A DNA stretch of 64,000 nt, taken from the NCBI GenBank assembly GCA_023248155.1, contig JAHFFE010000001.1, forward strand, positions 314,603 to 378,602. The letters run 5' to 3'. Positions 26,026 through 34,400 of this stretch are shown piece by piece. A program made the translations under genes and the position numbers. Positions within the stretch are counted from its first letter, which is position 1. Every line of letters starts with the position of its first letter. The DNA is from Candidatus Omnitrophota bacterium (lineage in GTDB: Bacteria; Omnitrophota; Gorgyraeia; 1-14-0-20-64-10). Under the pieces are notes generated by a model. The model was not told where the DNA came from and made no database searches. It was given only the letters and a program-made list of their open reading frames with translations.

Positions 26026-26065
26026 AATCAATCGTTAGTAGTAGAAAACTTCGCCGTTATTTTTA

Positions 26066-26096
26066 TTGACAAAAATAACAACCCCAGCGCTATAAT
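26066..26096 (+). promoter_or_regulatory. Sigma-70 promoter for giant gene 2
   Basis: TTGACA-19 nt-TATAAT. Followed about 25 nt later by CAGCGGTCTTTTTTT, which resembles a block downstream of the member 3 promoter. Confidence 0.55.
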
Positions 26097-26215
26097 GGCA
26101 AATAACCTTGAATTTCGCAGCGGTCTTTTTTTGTCCGTCATTTTTTACAGATTTAGATAAGATCTGAGACAGCTTTTATGAACCCATATAAAAACTCGGC
26201 CAGATAAAGGAAAAA

Positions 26216-29200
26216 GTGATGCGGACAAATTTAAACCAGTTCCTGGCCGCCCTGCTTCTCGTTGGTCTCTCTTTCGCGAATATTTCTCCCGTCCCTCAGC
26301 TGTTCATGGTGAGTTTATCGAACCATACTCTGCGTGCCGTTGGTTTAGAGGAAGGCACCCAAAAGAATTCTTTATCTGACGCTTTAAAAAATAATGCCTC
26401 CGGATTAGAGGAAGCGGTTGTTTTGGACGCGTCGGTTCCTTATCAATATCCCTGGCGGACTGCCGAATTCGACGAGCTTTGGCCAAATGCCGATGATCGT
26501 GATCCCAAGCTGGAACGCTTTCAAAGATTGTTCAACCAGGATTTGGACGGCCATCCGGAAGGGGAGATTCAGCTCACATCGCCCAACGGAAACCCCGATG
26601 AGTTGGCCCGCTGGATTGCTGAAAACAATATGACTCCGCAGCGGGTTGCCGAAAGCATTGAATGGATCCATAAGATGCACCCCTACGATAAGGAACGGTT
26701 TATCTCTCTTCAGCAGTTGCCCAGCATTCAGGCGTTTCTTGCCGCTCATCCGGAAGCCCGTTTCAATTTAATCGGCGTCCGCGAAGATGAGAGCAAGGTC
26801 GGTTCCTTCAAAATCGGCCAGTATATGGATGAATATCTGCAGAAGATCCTCAAAGCCGGCCATCGAGGAGATGTAAATTTCCCGGGCGCCGTGATGTACT
26901 CCTCGGGAAACGCCATTCAGGGAGATGTCGAGACATTGGCCTGGCTCAAAGAGCAGGGGTTGGTTCCGCAAGATTTCAAGATCACAATGGTGGCAATGGC
27001 TTACCTGAAACCCAAAAAGCGGAAAATGATCGAGGATTTTAAAAAGCGGGGATTGGTTGACCGAATTGTTACCCCCGAAGAAATTGCCGCCGAGTATCTT
27101 GCCGATTCAGAGGGGGGCAGCGTACCGGTTCAGCATCAGGACTTGGCGGTTGATCCCGTGGCGTTGGATGACATCAATCAGGTTTTGAAACTTTTGGATT
27201 GGTGGTCGGAGAAACAGGGCCGGGCCCATATTTACGCTTCCAACAGCTTAAGCGCCGTCGTGGGCGGGGCCAGAATCTACTACGATATTAATCGGGCATT
27301 TACGCAGGATCGTGAATACCTGCAAGCGTTGTTGGGGGATGCCGCCGAAACTTTGCCGGCTCAGCCCGATGGTATTGTCATGCCTGCCGCGGGCGGCGGA
27401 CCGTTCGGGGGAATACCGTTTTGGGCGCGCCAGCTTGGGCATGCCACCAAAACCATCGGACCGATCCCCACCATCCGGACCGGCAGCATCGCGGAAGGTC
27501 TGGGCATTCAGATGATTCAGGAACTCGCGCGCAATCTGGCCCGTTTATTGGGAGTAAATCAGATGCAGCTTACCGAGGTATCTGAGCGGGCTATTCTAAA
27601 AGCGTTTGTGGAACTGCATGACGCCGGAATTGAAGTGGAGCCCAGCTCTGCCATCGCCTACGCGCAGGTGCTGTACCTGATGGAAAACAAACCTGAATTT
27701 TTCTCTCAATTTTTGGCTGAGAACGGCCGGCCGATGACGCTGGTGGCCATATTAACCGGGCGCAATTTTGAACCATCGGATGCCGCCTGGGCTTGGGCGA
27801 AGGTTCAAGAGCTTCGCCTGAAGGAGCCCCATGCCCTCAGAGCCGATCCAACCCAAAGGCAGGCGGCCGTTCCTCCGGCGAATGGGCTGCAGCAGGTTGT
27901 CGTTTTGAGTTCAGGCACCGAGCAGGCAATGGGCAGAGCGCTGCGCCAGGCGGTAATCGATTGGCGCGCGTCCCAGCCGGCAAATCTGAAACCAACCGTA
28001 ACGGCTGTCTACAATCCTCCCAAAGATCTGGATTGGCTTAAAAAGATAAAACCGGATGTCATTCTTGTGGCGGCTACTGCCGAAGAAGCCCAGCAGGATG
28101 GTTTACTAAGGAATGCCATCACAGTTCTTGGCGATGCCGGCGTTCTCATTCGTTATGTTCCTTTCCCCAGCAAGGTAGCAAGATCTTTGAATCCGCTGGC
28201 AAAATCTCTGCCAGGGAAGCTTCTAAAAATCGGCGAGCTGTTTCAGGGAGGGGATATTTTGGTGGATTCGACAACCTCCAAGCCCCGTTTTCGGGTAGTT
28301 GCCGACCAAGCAAACACCATCAGCGCTGTTTCTCTCCAACCAATTGATGAGCAGGGCAATTCCGCGGGGCCGGAAACCGCTGTCCCCGTCGCGGATCTAC
28401 GCCTGCGTTTTCAAGTGGTTCGCGCCGGCTTAGAGGAGCAATTGCTCACCGTTACGGTTCCTCCAAGCCAGCCGGTTTGGCTCACGGCGGCAGATGGAAT
28501 CCAATTGCTGGAACGGTTGCTGCAAGAAGGGGAGTCCCGCTCGATTTACTCTGTTAAGCACGGGGCTGATTTTCTTGTGCCTCGTTACAGAGCGGTAGTT
28601 TCAAAAGAGGGAGGTGTCATTAAAGTCCGAACAGTCGGTAAATTTTCGATGTCACTTGAGTTCGTCATGACGCGCGTCGAGGGTTATTTTATCGTGAAGC
28701 CGGATGGAAACATCTTCGTTATTGATGCCGAAGATGGAAACCAGAGAGCGAATATTTATTTGCGCAAGAATTTTTCGACTATTTCCGTTGATTCTCTCGC
28801 GCCTGCCGCTGTCGAGGGCTGGGTTCAGCGACCTTCCGCGGAAGAAGCGGCGGCCTATATCCGGGAGCTTGTTCCACAAGGCGTTTCTGCTGTTCAAATG
28901 GGAGACGCTGAACATTCTCCGGAATCTGACCGTTTGGTTGATGATCTCACTCAGTTTCAGGGGGGAGCTGGCAGCGGCCGGATTTTCTATTTGAGAAGGT
29001 CCAACCAAAATGTAGAGGTGTTGGCGATCACTGCGATGGATTTTGACGCCAGATCCATTGGGGAGTTCCATCAATTGCCGATGGGTGAGTTGTTGAAGAA
29101 GATCGCTCAGCTGGGAGCGAACTGGTTCGTCCAGGTCGGTTTTTCGAATTCGGCAGCGCGGGTATATGCGACAGACACCTCTGGTTTGCAGAGACTTTTG

Positions 29201-31267
29201 CGTGGATATCCCAATACGACGGGTTTCTACGCCCTGTCCCTTCGCGCAAATCAGACTGCTTTCGTGAGCAACAGCTCGAATCCCAATTCTTCCGGATTGG
29301 AGGAAGATTTTCGAGATGCTTTCTCGGATGGGATGGCCGCTCAGCATTATTTGGACCAATTGGCGGGTTTTGCCGATATTGTTTTATTGAATCAAACCCA
29401 AGAGGCTTTGGGTAGAGTCGACGCCCATTCAAGGGATTATCTGGATCCGAAGGGAATTTATCCTTCCACCAGAGAAATTATTCCCAAGTACGCTCAAGCC
29501 AATCCTGTCGAATTAGACAGTGCTCATCGCGAACGGTTGAAAGAATTTCTTTTTTCGGTTTGGGAGAACGAGCGCCGTATGCGGAACGAACCGCAAGGTT
29601 CTGCTCGAACAGGCAGGCCAGTGGTTGATGTGGAGTCAGCCATGCTTCCTGAACTCATAGAGCAGGGACGTGCTGCTCAGCGGCTGGCGTTGTCTGGCGG
29701 GCTGGAAGAGCGGGTGAATCTTTTGGTTATTCGGGATTCTAATGACGCGGCAACCAAACAAGCGCTGCTAGGTATCGTTCCTGGCTGGGCTAAAACAAAA
29801 GCTTCGCAGGAAATCGATGTGGTTTCTTACGGCACCCTGGATAAGGGGCTTGCCGCCTCGCCTAAGAAAGGCCGATGGAGCGGGATCCTGATGTTGCGGC
29901 ATGTTGCGACTGAAGCCGATGTCGATGAGATTGAGCGCCAGATTACCGGCCTTAAGCCCGTTTCGGATTCTGCGGCGATACCGGTTGCGCTGATCGTCTA
30001 CGCGTCGGACCAAAAAGTATACGAAAAACGGTTGCTGGGTTCGCTGCAACTCCTCAAAGGAAGCCAGGGTATCGTCACATTTTTTGTTCATCGTTTATGG
30101 CAAGACAAACCTGCTTCTCAGCCCGCCGTCGCGGATTCACCGGAACCCACAGCGAAACCGGCAGTGCCGCCGGCAGGAGTCTTCACGGGAGTTCTGGATC
30201 AATTGCTGGACTCCGCGGCTAAGTACGCTGTGGCTGTCGGTCTGGAAGAGCGGGGAGCGCTGCTTCCCGATGTTTTCTTTCGGCGTCCAGGGTTCCAGTT
30301 CCTTATGGAAATGGGAAGAGCAAAAATCCTGCCGGCGGATTTCGATGTCCGGGATAAATCTCTTCAGGTTCGAATCGGCCGGATCGTAGGCCGCTGGGGG
30401 TTCAGCCGTTGGCTGGAAGAACTCCCGCTGGCAAAGGTTCTTGAGAATAGCCCCAATGGGCACAATGACCTGGCCGCGGTGGAAGCGTTTATTGCAAGGG
30501 CACAAAATATTCCGCCGGATTATTTTGGGATAGCGGCAGGAACCACCCAGTGGTCGCCCAAGAAGACGCCTTCTTGGCCGGCGGTTCAGCCATTAGTGAT
30601 CGAGGCGGTAGCGGGTGCTCGTCAAAATAAAAATTTCGAATTACAGTACACCCCTGCTGCGGTAAGCGAATCGGATGTGACTGATCAAAGCGACGGTAAA
30701 ACCTACCATCATGTTGAAATAGTTTCGCCTCCGAAAATTCAGCTTCTTCCTGCCGCCGGGCTGGAGGAATGGACCGTTTCCGATCTGTTCTTGCGCGAAG
30801 TGGTTACCACGCACAATTTTTACACGCGATTTGCGCAAGAAGACGGTTCCCAGCTGATTGTGGTGCCGATGGGACAGAATAAAGTTAAGCCGGCGAATCT
30901 TTATTTGCAGGAGGGGCTTGAGAATCCCATTTCGCGCCTGGTTCCAAACCCTGTTCGTCTGGGAAGAGAAAAGGAGGACGTTCGGGGGCTCTTCCGCCAA
31001 AACCCCGCGGGTCCCAACGATGTCATTGTTCTCAACTCCGATATAGTGAGGGGTGATCCGTTGTCCTGGTTTTCAGCGGGCGGCGCGAATACTCAATATA
31101 AGGTGCGTATTTCACCGGCGTTAGCCATGAAATTCAACAATGATCTGGATACCCGATTCATGGAAGTGGTCGCGTTGGCCGCGCGGGTGGGTAATGGAAT
31201 GTTATTGCTGGACTACACGTATCAGGCGGTGGATGACCAGGTGTACTTGATCCTGCGCTCCGCGTAA
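26216..31267 (+). CDS. Giant secreted protein, AG-x-EE motif family member 2 (1683 aa). The N-terminal domain resembles a fold-type-II PLP enzyme.
   Basis: Seven GLEE motifs. A GSFKIG lysine motif, an AAGGGPFGG glycine loop and GIEVEPSSAIAYA recall threonine synthase/TrpB-family enzymes. The C-terminus ends YLILRSA. Confidence 0.8.
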   Translation: MMRTNLNQFLAALLLVGLSFANISPVPQLFMVSLSNHTLRAVGLEEGTQKNSLSDALKNNASGLEEAVVLDASVPYQYPWRTAEFDELWPNADDRDPKLERFQRLFNQDLDGHPEGEIQLTSPNGNPDELARWIAENNMTPQRVAESIEWIHKMHPYDKERFISLQQLPSIQAFLAAHPEARFNLIGVREDESKVGSFKIGQYMDEYLQKILKAGHRGDVNFPGAVMYSSGNAIQGDVETLAWLKEQGLVPQDFKITMVAMAYLKPKKRKMIEDFKKRGLVDRIVTPEEIAAEYLADSEGGSVPVQHQDLAVDPVALDDINQVLKLLDWWSEKQGRAHIYASNSLSAVVGGARIYYDINRAFTQDREYLQALLGDAAETLPAQPDGIVMPAAGGGPFGGIPFWARQLGHATKTIGPIPTIRTGSIAEGLGIQMIQELARNLARLLGVNQMQLTEVSERAILKAFVELHDAGIEVEPSSAIAYAQVLYLMENKPEFFSQFLAENGRPMTLVAILTGRNFEPSDAAWAWAKVQELRLKEPHALRADPTQRQAAVPPANGLQQVVVLSSGTEQAMGRALRQAVIDWRASQPANLKPTVTAVYNPPKDLDWLKKIKPDVILVAATAEEAQQDGLLRNAITVLGDAGVLIRYVPFPSKVARSLNPLAKSLPGKLLKIGELFQGGDILVDSTTSKPRFRVVADQANTISAVSLQPIDEQGNSAGPETAVPVADLRLRFQVVRAGLEEQLLTVTVPPSQPVWLTAADGIQLLERLLQEGESRSIYSVKHGADFLVPRYRAVVSKEGGVIKVRTVGKFSMSLEFVMTRVEGYFIVKPDGNIFVIDAEDGNQRANIYLRKNFSTISVDSLAPAAVEGWVQRPSAEEAAAYIRELVPQGVSAVQMGDAEHSPESDRLVDDLTQFQGGAGSGRIFYLRRSNQNVEVLAITAMDFDARSIGEFHQLPMGELLKKIAQLGANWFVQVGFSNSAARVYATDTSGLQRLLRGYPNTTGFYALSLRANQTAFVSNSSNPNSSGLEEDFRDAFSDGMAAQHYLDQLAGFADIVLLNQTQEALGRVDAHSRDYLDPKGIYPSTREIIPKYAQANPVELDSAHRERLKEFLFSVWENERRMRNEPQGSARTGRPVVDVESAMLPELIEQGRAAQRLALSGGLEERVNLLVIRDSNDAATKQALLGIVPGWAKTKASQEIDVVSYGTLDKGLAASPKKGRWSGILMLRHVATEADVDEIERQITGLKPVSDSAAIPVALIVYASDQKVYEKRLLGSLQLLKGSQGIVTFFVHRLWQDKPASQPAVADSPEPTAKPAVPPAGVFTGVLDQLLDSAAKYAVAVGLEERGALLPDVFFRRPGFQFLMEMGRAKILPADFDVRDKSLQVRIGRIVGRWGFSRWLEELPLAKVLENSPNGHNDLAAVEAFIARAQNIPPDYFGIAAGTTQWSPKKTPSWPAVQPLVIEAVAGARQNKNFELQYTPAAVSESDVTDQSDGKTYHHVEIVSPPKIQLLPAAGLEEWTVSDLFLREVVTTHNFYTRFAQEDGSQLIVVPMGQNKVKPANLYLQEGLENPISRLVPNPVRLGREKEDVRGLFRQNPAGPNDVIVLNSDIVRGDPLSWFSAGGANTQYKVRISPALAMKFNNDLDTRFMEVVALAARVGNGMLLLDYTYQAVDDQVYLILRSA

Positions 31268-31313
31268 AGGCCCATTGAAAATGTTAGTCGTAGAAAGTTT
31301 CATGATTTAAATG

Positions 31314-31343
31314 TTGACATTTTTGCACTTTCTCAGGTATAAT
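31314..31343 (+). promoter_or_regulatory. Sigma-70 promoter for giant genes 3-5
   Basis: TTGACA-18 nt-TATAAT. A weak hairpin plus GGCTCTTTTTT lies about 35 nt downstream. Confidence 0.6.
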
Positions 31344-31453
31344 TTTCACAATACGCTGGTTTTGTCTTCCAAGCCAGCGGCTCTTTTTTACCCTGCATTT
31401 TTACTTATTTTGGATAACTTAAACAAAGCAAACATTCGGGAGGAATACAAGTA

Positions 31454-34400
31454 ATGCGATTTGATTTCCTGCGCTCAATCTCGGTGGTAGTCCTGTCTGT
31501 TTTTTCTCTGTCGTCTGTTTCTCCTGCATTTGCTCTGCGTGCCGCCGGCTTAGAGGAAAACGCGGAAAAGGGTACGGTCACCAGGAGGCTTCTTGAGGGC
31601 AACCGCGGAAATTTTTCGGGCGGTCTGCAGAAAAACTCCACCTCCGGTCTGGAAGAGATCCGGATCCTGCTGGTGGCGGTTTCTGACGAAGCTCTCGCTA
31701 AAAAAATGGGAGAGATGGCACAGGCCTGGCGTTCGGAGTTGGACGTAAGAATTGTTCACACTGCAGACGAGGCTCAGGTTTATCTGAAAGCGCAGCAAAA
31801 TCCAAGGCCGGATGCGGTCATCTGGGAATTATCCACAATGGGAACCGAGACGCTCATAGATCCAAGCCAGCTTTCTTTCAATGTACCCGTGGCTCTGGTA
31901 GGCGAGGGGGCGATGGGCGTGGTTGGAGAATGGATCGCATTGTTCAACAACCGTCCCGTTCCTGCCCCTTTTCAGGAGACTCTTCAACAAAAAGCCAAGA
32001 AGGATGGGTTTTCGAGAACTGCTCGCTTGTTATTTGGTGATGATCTAGTAAACAGGCGGCCCCTGCGGCTCCTGAGGGGAACTGAAAATTATGAGTTATC
32101 TGCTTTCACGCATAATCTGGACATACTGAATAGGGATTTCAGGAGCCGTTCCGCTGGGCTGGAGGAGGCGTGGGATCGCGACACCGCGGACAGTTGGACG
32201 ATTTTAAGTGGTACAGTTTCCACCCAACTTATCCAGCAGTTGCTTCAACAAACTCCCGCGCCGGCAATCACCGATCTGGGCAATTTTTACTGGACCAAGG
32301 GAACGCTTTCACAATTGACTCCCGGCATGGTGAATAACATTTTGAATGTTGCACCGTCGCGTCACCTATTGGCAATCTCGAATGGACAGGTTGCCTTGAT
32401 TCGTCAGGGAGAATTGGAATCGGCCGACCAGGACGGTGCGAAAGATGCAACCAATTGGTATGGGAAATTGGCGACACGCGCCGAGACAGTGCTGACTCCT
32501 CAGCATTTACAATCCGCCGGCTTGGAGGAAACGCCCGCGCAAGTCATCGCCAAGCAAAAAGCGATGGCAGTCATTGCAGTTCCCAGTGTTCAAGTTGCTG
32601 CCGGTATCGGTGCAGTGGTTGCGTACAAGGGAATAATTCCCGAAATTACATTTCGGGGGAATGAAGCCGATGTTTTGCAGGCGATCAATGCACTTTTCGG
32701 TCTGTCGTCGAGCAAGCGAATGCCGGTAGCGGCCGGATCTGTATTGACGGCCGATCAGGTGGAGAAAGCTGTACGGGCGGGTGCTAAGATTATCGTCAGC
32801 CCCGGCTTGATTGATGAAGTTATTCTCAAGGCCCAGGAATTGGGAGTTTTGGTAATCCCAGGCGTGGCATCGATGTCTGAGGCAAAAACAGCGGTCGAGG
32901 TTTACGGCCTTTCACTGTTGAAATTTTTCCCATTCTCTTTTGTCGATCAGGCTGATTTTATCAAATCAATCAAAGCGCCATTGCCGCCAAATCTTCAGGC
33001 CGTGGTGGACGCTAAGGTAACATGGGGAGATTCCGGAGAAGTCGCCACATTTACAAAAATTCTTGAATTTGTCCTGAGTAATCCGACAGCATCAAAGCAA
33101 TTCCAGCTTCCCAAGAAAAAAGGATTGGAAGCGCTTCATCAATTGGGCGTGAATCCGGCAGTTGCCAATGCGCAGTTTATTCCAACCGGTGGTATTACGC
33201 CGGAGATGATCCCGCAGTTGATAGGGAAGGAAAAGATCGTCGCGGTAGGTTTATCCATCGGCGGAGATAATCCGGCGGTTCTTGCGAAAGCCGATGCTAT
33301 TGCGAAAGCGGTTGCGCAGATTGCTGGTGCCGAGGAGGGAGTGGTTGCCGTTGTTGCATCGGAAGATAATTTTCAGGCAGTCGCTGGTTATGTGCGTAAG
33401 TATGCGATTGGGCAGGGCAGAAAAGCCCCTCAAATGGTTCACCAGCATTTTGATGATGCTCGGCAGAATGCCAGTCGCGGTTTTGTGACTGCCATCGTGG
33501 CGATTTTTCCAAGCGCGGATGCTGATCAAATTGCGTGGATCGAAAGAACCAAAGAACTTGCTCCTAACGTTCCAATCGCCGTGATTTATTCCGGCAATGG
33601 AAACGAGGTTCGCCGCGTCTCAACTAAAGCACTGAGCAGTAGAGAGTTGAGCCAAGATGCGGTTGGTGAAATGGTTTTCTCCCTGCTTCCCACCGCTGGT
33701 GCGGAAGAATCAACCGTGCTTCTTCCAACCCCGCAAAACTCGTTTCCTGCAAGTCGAGGAGCTGTCTCTCCGGACGGGGATTCACTATTAGCGTTGAAAG
33801 AGACACCGGAGGTTCGCTGGGCAACGATGGTGGGCCGTACGGAAGGGTTTTCTTCGGGGCGATCTTCCGACGGTTTGGTTCACGCGCAGGGATTGGTGGA
33901 TCGTCTGGAGATCAAAGCCGGATTTACAACTGGCATTGAAAATGAACTGAATATTGTCGAATCGTATCGAGCTGGGCAATATACGCTGGCGATTCTCGGA
34001 GCACCCGTTGCTACAAGCGCTAGGCCGATTATCCAAGGTTTTAAGTATGAGGTTACAGGTGCTCCTGGGGTTAATCGCGTACTGACACTTTCCGTTGATC
34101 AAAACGCTGTTTCCCCTAAGGTAATAAATAATCTTGTCGCTCAAAATTTACCATCAGGCAGCCCAAAACCGTTGACGGTTGTTATCGAAGCCGCCGCTGG
34201 TCTCGAAGAGACGGTTTACACGGGCATTGACCAGGTTGTAGCGGCGATTACTCAACCTGAAGGCGAAGACAGCATCCGGGCTCTTGTCTACTCTCTTCCG
34301 GATGGAACAGAACAACGCGCGGTTCTTGCCCCAGGTGAATGGACTCCTGCGCAGGCGGTTCCCGGTGCTTTTCAAGCAATGGAACTCCGTCCTGTTTCCG

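Noticed and set aside
28652-29359. 235-aa minus-strand ORF inside giant gene 2. Similar minus-strand ORFs at 34154-34987 and 35780-36184 lie inside giant gene 3.
   Set aside because: Shadow ORFs antisense to long + strand genes whose products have coherent paralogy across six genes.
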